Shown: one piece after another, positions 38,798 through 51,464 of the stretch | How the letters are laid out: each line of letters begins with the position of its first letter | How positions within the stretch are numbered: the first letter of the stretch is position 1 | Source of the DNA: Oculina patagonica | Lineage: Eukaryota | Direction: 5' to 3' | Length of the DNA stretch: 64,000 bases | Assembly (NCBI RefSeq): GCF_052425735.1 | Contig: NC_135765.1 | Location: 32,736,001 to 32,800,000, forward strand | The notes under the pieces: model-generated | Databases searched by the model: none | Told to the model about the DNA's origin: nothing | Seen by the model: the letters and a program-made list of their open reading frames with translations, nothing else | Made by a program: the position numbers and the translations under genes

Positions 38798-40123
38798 TTA
38801 TCTAAGGGTAACCTTAATATACTTGATACCAACTCTCTCCCTATTGGTACTTTTATAAACCTCAAGAGTAAGACCTTGACTGAGCAACAGTCGCTTCGTA
38901 TATTTTGCCGTCTTGGTAAAGCCTCCGCCATGCGCAGTGAAGCACGAGCCTTGTGGTATGTCCAGCTTAAGAGTGAAGACAAACTGATCGGGGTAGAAGC
39001 TTGCACTTGAAATAGGATCTCTTTTAGCAAAAGGTTGTATGGCCGTAAGGGATGATCCAGAGGTGGCCTGTACCTCATAACAAGGGGAGTGGGTGTCATT
39101 ATTTCTTTTATCTACCGTTTCAAATCCAATAAAACTGGTTCCGTCCGACACGCCATATCTGATATCGCTGTCGTATTTTTCTCCGATGCTGACGTCATTA
39201 GCTACCGTTATTTCAACGGTCAGCGGAGTTGCATCTGTCAAGACACCAGCAGAAACCAAAGGTACTTTTAAAAGGGCAGCGTTTCCAATTGAGCCTGCTT
39301 TGAACGTTATCTGGTCAGCGGTTGTGGTGCGAGAGCTATCGATGTAAGACGCATGCGCTTCAAGCCATAAAGGAGTCATGTAGAGCTGGGTAACTGTGAC
39401 CTGTTTAAATTAAATAGAGTGTGTGATATTGTGTTATTGTATACACAGGTGATATGATATTACAGTCATTATAATATATTGATGGGCTTCTGTCGCTAGT
39501 AATACGTATCTCGCAGGACCTCGCTCAGGCCTCCTACGCAACGTTCGTTTGAATTGTCACGCAATCTTTCCTCCCCAACGAACGACTAAAATAAACCGCT
39601 GTTTCCGTAGACCAATCAAAGCGCCCTTTCAAATCCTGGAAGTGACCCTGAGTGCCAGATGACTAGAGGAAGGATTGCATGGCGAGCCAAAAAGGCGATT
39701 AAAGTAAGCCTAGAGGGCAAACCAAATTTCTATATTTGAAGACCTGACCCTCGAAGAAAATTTGTGGTTGAGAAACTAAAATTAATTGCAAGTTTGCTAG
39801 AGTGTCGATCTTACCTTAACAGCCGGGTAGTCACTGTACGCATGCTTGTCACTAGGTCCATAATCCATTGCGTGCGTGTATATATCGGCGTCGTTCAGTT
39901 CACAGAACAAATCATTAAACCGGAAGTTGATGCTTTTACATCGCGGATCGTCGGAACATTTGAACAAACAATCACCTAAACCATCTGCACTTCCGCTTAT
40001 TATCACGTGACCAGTCAAGTACATTCCTTTTATGGACCGCACAGATTTGCTGCATTTCATAGAAGCACTTGAAGTGACAGCTATGACAAGAAGCCACAGC
40101 AATCCCACCATTATGTAACTCAT
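38798..40123 (-). CDS. Secreted PAN/Apple + unassigned domain protein, copy B, 303 aa; exons 40123-39815, 39400-38798
   Basis: Signal peptide, PAN domain very close to copy A; splice AAG|GTAAG ... AAACAG|GTC in frame. Confidence 0.87.
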
Positions 40124-42213
40124 AAAGTTTATACCTGGTAGAAATTAGAAAAATATTTATTCACTATTTATACTTTGCAACTCGTTTAATATCCTGAATG
40201 GAATCAATATAATCAATACGGACCGAGTAAGTTAATTTAATAAAACTTTAATTACATTGGCTTTTTTACAACACTTCGCTGATAACAAAGCCTTATTTAT
40301 TTTATTTTTATTTTATTTATTAGATTTCCCAACATTACAAAAAATATTTACAACAAAAAAGATAAAATATATAATAATAATAAAAAAATAGTGGGAGGAT
40401 AACAGCAGGGGGAAACTGAATTCCCATGTAAAAGCTGTTATCCTAGATAAAGCTAAAAATTTACAAATAAATTTACTAATGAATAAAATTAAAAAAAAAA
40501 AAATTACGCTAATAACAATTTATCATACTAAGATAAGTTATATGTTCATATTGCTAAAACATTAAATGGCTTAACATTAGCCTTCATCTGTCTTCGGCGG
40601 CAAATATTTCCAAAACTGCTCACACATTAATACATACTTCAAACTTCTTCCGTACCCTAAACCCTGAAAAAAAAACTGTTGATGCATGGATCATAAAAAG
40701 ACTCTTTTACTTTCCATGGTTGACCATATATACAGGGACCGCAGAGCCGGGGGCTAATATTTCCGAAAAAATTAAGACTTACTAAGAGAAGAGTCTCTAA
40801 AGCGGCCCGCTCCAAGTTACTAAACAGTCTCCTCCCCCCCCCCCCCCCCCATTGGAAAAATGCCTCGCGGTCCCTGATATAGCCGAAAAAAAGCTCTCTG
40901 TTCACTGCAAAACTACAGTTTTCTGTTCCTATTAACTGACGTACGAACCAATCAGATTGACTCCCTTTTTTAATATATTCAACTTTTTCTTTGGCAATAT
41001 AATAAAACAGAGATTGGTCATTTACAGTTTGTCACGTTATTACAGTAAAGTGTTCATTATTTTTTTGTCATATTTGCTTTGTTTTATTCTTTAGTCGACT
41101 TTAGCGTTAATTTTTATTACATTTGCGGTTAGTATTTACTTTCCGCATTGATTATTATCACATTTTGAGTTCGAAATTACAAGCCTGAAAACAGCATGTC
41201 ACTCAGAGCTCCTGAGCTTGCCAAGGGTTTCAGATAAAAATGGTTTGATCTCAAGTCTGATATGGAGCAAAAAGAGAGAAAGAGAAAAATATATCAGCAT
41301 TTTAAAGCATTTAAATTATTTATCCCTTTGTCTTTGTATTGATTATGTCTCATTTTTTATAATTATTGGAAATAAAAAAGGTAAGAAAAACCTTTTTTTA
41401 TTTTACAGTAACTGTAAATTGAAATGGAACGGTGAAAAATATTCGATCTTCACTTTACAAGATTTCAGTTGTGTCATTTTATCTTGAAAGTAACGTATAA
41501 CCATACAAATGTGCTGCTTTGAATTTTATACCAAGCATAATTTTCTCCCTCATCCTTTCATAAATAAAAATTCTCAAAGTATTGAAAAATTAAGCTTCAC
41601 GTTCTATGACAACTGATCGCGACTAAAGGTAGCCTGCTGTTTTCAATTCTTGCTTCCATCAGAAAAATGGGAACATTAATTTACTCGTTCACCAAAAATA
41701 GAAACTACTTCACGGACGTGAGAAGGTAGACGAAGGGTGTTTTCGGCAGTCCGACGGGAAAAAAAACTTGATGATTAATTCATCTATTCTCTGATACTAA
41801 CTTCACTTACTTATATGCAGAAAGGCCAAGCTTTTGCCGTTAAATGCTTAATCGGGAAACTAAACAGAAACAGCTATGCTGCAGTCCTTGTTTCACATTT
41901 GCAAGTGAATTTAAGTATTTTGCGGCGACGAGACGGTGTAGCTACTTGAAGTTTCACCAGCTGGTTGAAGCTGGTATTTATGACATTGAAGTTGCAAGCG
42001 GAAACACTGAGATAGACAAATAATAATATTTTTTAATTTTATACTTTAGATTTGTTTATTTTGAATGGCTCCGTAACAATCAATCAGTGAAATTTGGGAG
42101 GGGAATCGGGTGATTGGAAGAAACATAAAGTTGCCAGCGGCGTACATTTTCCCGTTTGAATTGACGCGCGAAGATAAAACAAAAATTCAACAGGAAAAAT
42201 ACGTACAAAGCAA

Positions 42214-42800
42214 ACAATTCTTCGTTAAACGGTCAAGAGAGGGTGTGATCAGAAACGTATTTCTCCTTAAGTATAAATGACGAAACCCAATGTCAAGCAG
42301 GCCCTGGGAATATCAGGCACACACCATTCAAGCTTTTGAACACCGTTTATCCTGGATGGACGGCATTTTTAAGGGGATCGGTTGGGGGAGATCTAAAGGA
42401 AGGAGGAAGTATTTTAATACTCACACCCTCTCTTGACCGTTTAACGCAGAATTGTAAGAGCAGACTTTTATGAACGAAGGGGTTGGGGGGGGGGGGGGGG
42501 AGTTAGAGGATGTGCAAGCAATAACTACAAGAGACATCTACACTATATTCACTTCAGTCCCGCTTTTAGTATGAACGCGTCTTGCTTATCGCCAGGAACA
42601 GGAACAGGAGCGAGTGTTTTTTCTTCTTCGACGGGCGACTTTTCAATGTTGTCGTCGTTGGCAGGATCTGGATCATCGGGACCTTCGCAGTGTTTGCCCA
42701 TTGCTGCGCAATCGTGAATATCCTTCGGTGTTCCGCAACCGGGGCACTTATTTTTGCGTTTTGCTGTTTTCGAGGACATTTCGTTGAGATGAGTGGCTAG
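42214..42800 (-). mobile_element. Probable retrotransposon remnant with short Cys/His ORF (42779-42549)
   Basis: ORF MSSKTAKRKNKCPGC-x6-H-x8-C followed by acidic/Pro linker, ending abruptly; 35-bp inverted repeat 42214-42248/42421-42455; 14-mer GATGGACGGCATTT whose reverse complement recurs at ~46225. Confidence 0.4.
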
Positions 42801-43300
42801 AAGTCGGTGAAAAACGAAAAACAGCTAAACAGCTAAACGATCGAACTAAACAGCGATAAGCGAATGTACAATGTAATGCGATGCTTACACGTGTTGGCTT
42901 CATTAAACTAAATTAAGAATATTAATATCACAAAAAGTTTCTTTCGGTTATAAGCCTTTGCCAAGTTTCAACATTTCCTTGTTAACTTACTTGCATCCTC
43001 GCAAAAGATTGTGCTTCGATCAAGTAATTATAAAGTAGTAAGGCAAAGAACAATTTTCCAAGTAAAGTGCAATTAAAAATTTTTAATCAAAGTGGCTTTC
43101 TTATTATTTATCATAACATATATAAAGATGTGCTGTTATAATATTTTACAGATTGATCTGAACAATGTATAAATACACACTGGATAGAAATACAGCCACT
43201 GGATGCCTTGTGCACAGTATTTCTTCCAACTTCACGGACCGTCGAGTTTTAGTCTGTGATAACAATCAACTGAAAACATTGCCGGTACACTAGCCTTTAA

Positions 43301-43636
43301 AGGGACTCTGTCACGGGGATTTTTCTGCTTTTCGGTACATGAAATGCACCCAGTACATCAATATGAAGATATAAAGTAAATTTTTGTTAAAGGAAGAATG
43401 GAACCATTATTATTATTTAGCTGTTTTTCCACGCCACAAGGGCAGAACTTGAAAAAATCAGCCTGACTTTTTCAAGTTGAGATCTTAATGTCCTGATGGC
43501 ATCAAAAAAAATATCAATAGTTTTTAGCTTCGGTACACTGGCATACTAATTTTTCACAAAACTGAAGCACTATTCGTAGGTTTACACATATCCTTAGGCT
43601 GTTGAATTTTAAAGTGACGCTCGTGACAGTGGCCCA
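43301..43636. mobile_element. TTAA-flanked Kolobok-like non-autonomous element
   Basis: TTAA|AGGGACTCTGTCACG...CGTGACAGTGGCCCA|TTAA; internal homology to 16021-16403. Confidence 0.75.
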
Positions 43637-43684
43637 TTAAGGTGTTTTTCGTAAAGTCATCTCCAAACTTCGTTTTTTCAGATA

Positions 43685-44137
43685 CAGTAAAAACCCGCGT
43701 ATAAGAACCTAACATTTAAGAACCTGTTAGGCTAAAATTTCATTTTTAAGCACCCTTCATATAAGAACCATTTTAGGCTAAAATTCTAAAACAGGTTCTT
43801 ATTTTCAAAAAAGAAAAAATAATCTTCTCAAAAATATAGAATTAAAAAATCTTCTCAAAAAAATTTAATGGGGAATTATAGTGAAGGTTACAGTACAGGT
43901 TTGATTTTAACAGAATCAGATTAAAATAGTATAGTATTTTGCTTACCGAAGCCTCCAAGAATATTGTTATTGGACATTAAAGACCAGATCATTTAAAAAT
44001 TCTACTTTATTTCTTGGACAAAAGTTAAGAACCTAATTAAGAACCTAGTTAGCCTAATTTTACACTAAATACCATTTATATAAGAACCTGTTTAGGCTAA
44101 CTTGAAAAAACCTAGGTTCTTGTACGCGGGTTTTTTT
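43685..44137. mobile_element. Tc1/mariner-type MITE with internal TAAGAACC subrepeats
   Basis: TA|CAGTAAAAACCCGCGTATAAGAACCT ... AGGTTCTTGTACGCGGGTTTTT (right end degraded). Confidence 0.65.
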
Positions 44138-44997
44138 CAGTTACTGCTTGTAAAGTATCCCCACCCTCCACCACCCCAAAAACACCCTTGAAAAAAGTTC
44201 CACAAGTTACAGCCCACCCCAAGATTATTGCATTGCATTGTTTGCAAAAATGACTTGTGCATTGTCATGTGCAGGCTCTTTAATCTTCAGGGCCTGCCAC
44301 ATACAAACTCTCTTTAAATTACTGAATCCTTTAAGCCCTGATGTCAACATATAGGTTCTTCTTACTGGTCTCCGTACATTTCTCATTGTTCTAGTTGGGA
44401 GAATTTGATGATGTATTAACTCCCTTAAAGCCATAATGATGTCAATATACAAGTTCTCTTTACCGGACTTCATACATTTCTTATAGTACTTGTTGTGAGA
44501 ATTTGTCCTCATGTCAGCATAAAGAATCTCCGTACTGGTTTATATTCATTTCTTGAGCCCTGGTAAACAAACAAATTCTCCCTACTGGACGTCTCTATAC
44601 AATTCTTACAGTACTTAGTACTAAATGGGAGAAATTTATGATGTATCTTTATCATATCATGTAGTGCTGATCAATAGCGCTATTCTTATAACCCGCATGC
44701 CTGTATACAATTGGCCAAGTATTCTTACTGAATGAGTATTGGACACACCTTCCCACGGAAAGTTTACAAATACTAGCATAACCCACTTCTTAACGAATTA
44801 CACACAAACAGTTTCATCTTAGTGTGATCAGTCTATTGCACAGTTTACAAGAAATGTAACAAGAAATAAGAGAAAGTAGACCTTTTGAGCCGGTGATTCA
44901 GGCAAAGAAACTTAACAAATGCCGTTAAGTAACAGTGAGGTAAGTGATAAATGTCGATGATAATAGTGAGTAAGTAAAAAGAACGACCATCCGCCTT

Positions 44998-46839
44998 TTA
45001 ACCATCCGTTTTGATAATGGTGATCTTAATGTATTTAATGCCAACTCTCTCTATTGGTTGACTTTTATAAACCTCCAGAGTGAGACCCTGACTGACCAGC
45101 AGTTGTTTTGTGAACTTGGCGGTCTTGATGAATCCTCCGCCATGTGCTGCAAAACACGAGCCCCATTGCTTATCCAGCTTGATGGTGAAGACAAACTGAT
45201 CAGGGTAGAAGCTTGCAATTGCACTTGGAACAATAGTGAACCTATCAAAATACTTTATGGTACTCAGAGTTGCCCCAGACTGCGCTTCCACCCCATAATA
45301 AGGCGCCCATTCACGATAGTTTTTCTTGTCTGGCACTTCGAATCCGATGAAGTTGGTTCCGTCCGATACACCATATCTGATGTCGCTATCAGCGTTAGGC
45401 AAATGCTGACCAATGTTGACGTCATTAGCGACTGTTATTTCAACGGTCAGCGGAGTTCCATCTGCCAAGACACCAGCGGCCACCAAGGGGACTTTTACAA
45501 GGGCCGCGTCACTTATCGAGCCTGCGTTGAATGTCATCTGGTTAGTGGTTGTGTTGCGATTACTATCGATGTAAGACGCATGTGCCTCGAGCCACAAAGG
45601 CGTCATGTAAAACTCTTTAAATATCACCTGTCAATAATAAATAAAAGTTGTTCTCGCGACTATGGTCATGCCCAGTTTCCTCTATGAGACGCTGACTCGT
45701 CTCCAGTCGTATTCATATAGCATGCGGCAAAGGGAGAAACACGCGCGCGAGGTGGGGGAGCAGGGGACGATAGGAAGGAAGAAGGGAAAAAGCGCTCCCT
45801 TTGGTACCCATCTCTCCCTCCGCTGTATCTTTGCCGCGTGCTGTATGAAGACGACTGGGGACGAGTCAGTATGAGACGTGCTCCAGGGCATCATGATAGT
45901 AGTATTCGACAGATAAGCAACATTCCAACTACCACAACTCCCTGCAGGCGCGTGTCATAGAGAAAACTAGGCACTAAGGTATCTTACGATGCGTTAACAT
46001 CAGTTAAAGTAATTAAACCTGGCAGTTACCTAATTAGAAAAAAAAATCTTCTACAATTATTGTTACTGAGAGTGAACTGAAAGCTTTAGTGTTTACCCTC
46101 CGCTCCACCCCCACAACTCCACTTTTGCAGGTAAGTTGGCAAATTTTGTCACTGAAGTGTAGCCTGCTGGGTAAACAGACGGGTCGCAGATCCACTACCG
46201 ATCGACCTGAATAGTAGGGATTCGAAATGCCGTCCATCTTACTTAGCATACCGTATACTCCTGGTTTCCTTCCCTTCTTTGGTGACTCCCGTCTCTTCGT
46301 GGGTTTTTTTTTTATTTTTTAATTTCAAAATACTGCTTTAGCTAAATAAAGTTCTTTTTTTCTCTCGCTAACCGCCCTTTCCTATCCACTTTCCTTACTT
46401 TCCCCTCTTTCCACTAATTAATCTTCTAATACAACCTCGTTTCCAGGGTCTCTCTCTCCCCGCCAGACCCCGGGAACGAAGTTGCTACCTAGCTACGTTT
46501 TTAGCTTACTGATTGTGACCAGAGTGGGTAAAAAATATAACTGACACAGACCTTGACAGGGTAATCACTGTAGAGGTGGTCCTTTTTCAGCACATAATCC
46601 CAGGGGTGCGTGTGTCGATCAGCATCGTTTAGCTCACAAAGCAAGTCACCAAAATGAAAATTGATGCTTTTACAGCGCTGGTCCTTAGAGCATTGGATGT
46701 AGCACATGCCAATATTCTTCACATTTTCCGATGAAATCACGTGATCTTTGAGATAACGTCCCAATACAGTGTAAGTGGATTTGCATTGCTGGGCTGAATC
46801 GACGGCAACGAGAGAGGTCATCAAAAGTGGTAGCCACAT
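44998..46839 (-). CDS. Secreted PAN/Apple + unassigned domain protein, copy C (chimeric), 305 aa; exons 46839-46552, 45627-44998
   Basis: Start MWLPLLMTSLVAVDS after acceptor ATTTCAG; splice AAG|GTCTG ... TTGACAG|GTG in frame. Confidence 0.87.
45692..45869. mobile_element. 178-bp palindromic MITE with 9-bp target-site duplication
   Basis: TATGAGACG (45683-45691) | CTGACTCGTC...GACGAGTCAG | TATGAGACG (45870-45878). Confidence 0.85.
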
Positions 46840-47805
46840 TATTTCTGAAATGTATAAAACAGTTTTAGGAAGGTCAAATTTGTTCATTCTTTCCTTTGAA
46901 GATGGCCACCATAGTAATCTTTACATAAAATAATTTTAAGGATGTGCTTCAAGTCTATCCTAGTTTCGACTTCAAATTCCGTGATGTACCAATGGGCTTT
47001 CGGCGGTGTGCAAGTTAGCTAAATTTAGCGCTTTCGCTTGAGCGGTAAAACTGGGGTTACTGTAACGGCCAAAAACAATCAAATAACAGCAGCTTTCACA
47101 AAATAATTTAGTGCTTTAGAAAGAGCAAGAAATGTGTTATAATTTTCTTAAAGTACATTGATGGATGAAATCGCGTTCAAAATTGCCAAAAATGCCAAAA
47201 TTTCTGCTAGTTTCGACAGCGGCTGGCCACCCAAATGGCGTTTTTCGAACTTTTTTAGATTTTTTAAAAAAAAAATAAAGCGCTCCTGAACCTTTGAATT
47301 GTATTTTCGAAAATGACTTACTATAGAGGTTATTTGGGCAAAATATGAAGAAATTCGAGATTTCACAACTGACGCCGGTTCTCGATATTTACAGAAATTC
47401 TGGAAATTGACTCTTACATCAGTGTATATACTACATGATGCGTCCAGACGATATTTCAACGTAACATTCGATGGCGCAACTCGTTGCAGGTTTTTGAAGG
47501 TGATTCCAATAGGTGCAAGACTGTTGTTCGATTGTGTTAGAGTGGTTTTCGGCGTTGTGTTAAAAATCTTTCCGTAACGTACGTGCTAAGTTTCGTCCCA
47601 GCGGCAATGTTTCTTCGAAACTTGTATTGTAAAAATGGGTTAAATGTCGTCTCGTGTAAACAGTAGAACGAAAACTAATACCAGATATTCCTTGATATCA
47701 GTCTATTTTTCTTACCAGCTATAGTGGTAAGCCAGCTGTCTCTTTCACGCGTTCGGTGCAATGGTGATTCTTCAAGGTCTTACTAGAAATTTAACCATGT
47801 TATTA

Positions 47806-50235
47806 AATAATAATAATAATAATATAATAATAATATTAAATATATTTTTATAGCGCCTATCCAGGCCTGCTCTAGGCGCTTTACAAATGTTTAAAAAAAT
47901 ATATATATATATAATAAAATCAATAAAAATTTTGTTAAAATTAGCTGAATAAATCTTAAAATTAAAAATTTGCATTAAAAGTAAAAATCGCTAAGAGTAA
48001 TAAGTTTTAAAAAGAAACGTTTTGAGTTTTGATTTAAAAGAACTTAAATTGTCACACGAGCGGATAAAAACAGGCAAACTGTTCCAAAGTTCAGGCGAGG
48101 AAACAGAAAAAGCTCGAGACCCATACGATTTGAGGTGGAATTTGACAGGGTTGAGACGTGAAGAGTGTGATGATCGGAGGGTTCTTGAGGTTGGTAGTAC
48201 GTTAGCAAATCTTGAATGTAGATAGGAGATTGTTGATGGAGAGCTTTGAAGGTAAGTAGCAGAATCTTGAATTTAATGCGTTCAGAAACAGGAAGCCAGT
48301 TTAGTTCTTTCAGTTTTGGAGTGATGTGGTCGTATTTTCGGGAACAAGTGATAAGTCGAGCAGCGGCGTTCTGAACAGACTGGAGCTTTTTTAAAGCGTA
48401 CTTCGGCACATTATACAAGAGAGAGTTGCAGTGGTCGAGTTTGGACGATACAAAAGCATGGACCAAGATCTCGGTTGTTTTCGTGGATAAGTATTTCCTT
48501 ATACGGGAGATGTTGCGAAGATGATAAGAGGCAGATTTACAAATAGAACTGATATGTGGAAGCATAGTCATGGTTCTGTCAAATATCACACCGATGTTTC
48601 TGGCAAATTGAGATGGCTGAATTATATCTTGATCAAAACGGATTGGAGGTAGAGACTGCTGCGGATTGTGCTTCGAGTAAAGGTAGAGAAGTTCAGTTTT
48701 GTCCTTATTCAGTTTTAGCTTGTTAATAGACATCCACTTGTCAAGATCAGACAAACATTCCTCGATTTTTCCGATTGTATTGGTTAATTCGACATCGTTG
48801 TTTGTTGAAAAAGAGATATATAGCTGAGTATCGTCAGCGTAGAAGTGAAATTGCATTTCGTGATGTCGTAAAATGTCAGCCAGTGGTGCAGTATAAAGTA
48901 AGTACAGGATAGGCCCTAAGACCGAGCCCTGGGGGACTCCACATTTGAGCTCATGAGACTGCGATTTAGTTCCATCGATTAAGGTAAATTGTGTACGGTT
49001 GGTAAGATATGAACGAAACCATTCAAGAGCAGCGCCACAGATTGAAAACTTGGAGTTCAATCTTCCTAGTAGAATGTCGTGATCGACAGTGTCAAAAGCA
49101 GCAGATAGATCCAGTAGCAGGAGTATAACACAGTGACGATCGTCAATGTCACGCAAAATATCATTGTGTACACGTACAAGAGCAGTTTCACAGCTATGAA
49201 GTCGCTTATAGGCTGATTGTAGCGGTTCATTAAGTTGGTTGGTTTCCAGGTAGTCCTGAAGACGTACTGCAACAACTTTTTCGATCATTTTTGAAATGAC
49301 CTTGAGATTTGAGATAGGCCTATAATTACTGAGAATTTCGTGATCCAGTGATGGTTTCTTGAGTAGTGGCAATAAGACGGCAGTTTTTAGAGAAATAGGC
49401 ACATATCCAGATTCCAGGGACAAGTTTACAATCCTACATAGTGTTGGTAGAAGCATGTCAAAGTTTTCTTTTAACAAAACAGCAGGCAGAGGGTCCAGGC
49501 TACAAGACTTAGACGCAACAGTACGTGCAACCTTCGAAAGTTCAATGATTGAAGTAGGTGAAAAGGCGTTCAGCTGACAGTCAAGTGTCGATTTATCTAA
49601 GGTGCAGAAGAGATCAGACGTTACGTTAACTTCGAGTTTACTTCTAATATTGATAATTTTATTTTCGAAGAAAGTAACAAAATTATTGGCTAGTTCTGTA
49701 GCCGAGGAACAGGTCGGAAGACACTTCTCGGGCTTCCTGTGGAGAAGGCGGTCGATGGTGCGAAAAAGGGACTTGTTATTGCTTCCAGCCTCGTCGATAA
49801 GATTGGAGTAATAATCCATTTTTGATTTGAAGATAGTGTTTTTTACAACAAGGCACTGTTCGACGTAGGATTGGTAATCAGACGCAAGACCGGAACGACG
49901 CCAGCACCGTTCACGTTTGCGACAAATGGTTTTCTGCTCCCTGATTTCATTATTATACCAAGAAGCATGAGGTCTTAGGGTGATAGTCCTTGTGCGCAAG
50001 GGTGCATGTTTATCCAGAATCGAGGATAAAACAGAATCATACTGATCGCAAAGCTCCGTAATATCTGACGAAGGTGATTTGACCAAAGAAGATGAGTTGA
50101 TATCTTGGCATAGCTTATGTAGATTGACATTGCAAAGCTTTCGTGACGTAAGGACTTGTTTCAGATTAGGTGGTCTTTCAATAGCCAAGTTACAATGGAC
50201 AGCAAAGTGATCGGAGATAGCAGGGTCATGGATTG

Positions 50236-50236
<1 letters not shown>
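47806..50236 (-). mobile_element. 5'-truncated L2/CR1-group LINE: end of APE endonuclease + reverse transcriptase, one frameshift near 48189
   Basis: SDHF (endonuclease end), [34 protein letters not shown] (~48830-48841). C-terminus SRTLRS...LWNSLP...FKSKLKTFLF continues in another frame. 3' stem-loop AGCGCCTA...TAGGCGCT then (ATT)n tail. Confidence 0.93.
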
Positions 50237-50286
<50 letters not shown>

Positions 50287-50528
50287 GGAATTTCCAGTGG
50301 GATCTTCCACAAGGTGGCTCTTCTTGATCCCACTGTTTCCAGATCGAATTGGAATTTGGAAGTGTTGGTTTTGTGGAGGGAGGAAAACGGGAGAACCCGG
50401 AGAAAAACCCTCGGAGCAAGGACGAGAACCAACAACAAACTCAACCCACATATGGTTCCGGGCCAGAATCGAACCCGGGCCACATTGGTGGGAGGCGAGC
50501 GCTCTCACCACTGCGCCATTCCTGCTCA
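50237..50528 (-). mobile_element. Full-length tRNA-derived SINE with V-domain-like core and (TAT)n tail
   Basis: A box TGGCGCAGTGG, B box GGTTCGATTC, core GGGTTTTTCTCCGGGTTCTCCCGTTTTCCTCCC, ~16 TAT units. Confidence 0.88.
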
Positions 50529-50859
50529 CCTGTACTGCTTAAAAAGATACTCAAGGCTAACTTTTAAATTCAAGTCTCTATTTGTTTTCCAATCGCTCTG
50601 CAGTGAAATGAAAACAAAACAATTTCTAACTTAGGAGAAAACCGTATAAGATGCCGATGGGGCATCTAGTTTATTGACCAGACATAAACGACCTAAGCTT
50701 AACTTAATACAACTTATATACTAAAGCACGGATAACACAAAGTTTAATCAAGTAAAATTCCAAGTGATCAAAAACGGAGATGCCGTCTGATGACAACTCC
50801 TAACTGTCAAACTCCTTAAATATTTAAATTGTATCGTCTCCTGTTTCTTCAGTTTGCTG

Positions 50860-51035
50860 CTCGGAGTAGCAGGGGACGTTAAAGAACCCACACACTATTC
50901 GCAAAGAGTAGGGCACGAAGCTCCCAGTGTTGTGGTCTGGCCTTTGTGTGTAGTAAATTACAGTATGTGTACAACGCATCTGAACATATACATATGGAAA
51001 ATGCGCTATATAAATTCTTGATCATTATTATTATG
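50860..51035 (+). mobile_element. 5'-truncated Deu/Nin-domain-like SINE with L2-type tail
   Basis: GGACGTTAAAGAACCCACACACTATTCGCAAAGAGTAGGG resembles the DeuSINE/Nin core; ends GCGCTATATAAAT..(ATT)n like the L2 3' end at 47806-47890. Confidence 0.65.
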
Positions 51036-51464
51036 ATTACGTAACCAACATACCAATGAATCTACAGACCAACACACAGCTATCTAACAATAACAACGTG
51101 AAAAATTATATTTTTCTGCCGTAGTTTTGGATTTTGTCCAGACTACATTAATTAACATCTGCTGGTAACGCGGCATAGTAGTATAACTAGTTGACTTGGT
51201 TCCAATCATGCAGTTCATTCTTAGAACAAGTTAGGATTCAACGTTCAGCAATTAACCTAAACATGATAAAATAAACCTACCAGTTTTCAGCCTCGGCTTC
51301 CGAAAAACCATCCTGTTACAGACACATCACTGTTACATCAGAAGGAGATAAAACCAACGTTCGATTGGTGAACAAAACAAATCCGTGTCCACGAGTTTTA
51401 GTAAATTAAACAAACTTTCCTCGAAACAGCAGAAAAGTATTTGGAAAAGTTGATTAATCATTTA

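Noticed and set aside
45058-45687. 209-aa plus-strand ORF and similar ORFs opposite the array exons and the giant exon
   Set aside because: Antisense shadows of real coding exons; start and stop positions are not conserved between paralogs.
48044-50419. 791-aa host gene with poly-Leu transmembrane segment
   Set aside because: N-terminus is SINE sequence, poly-Leu is the (TAT)n tail, the rest is LINE ORF2; the overlapping poly-Tyr/poly-Ile ORFs are the same microsatellite.
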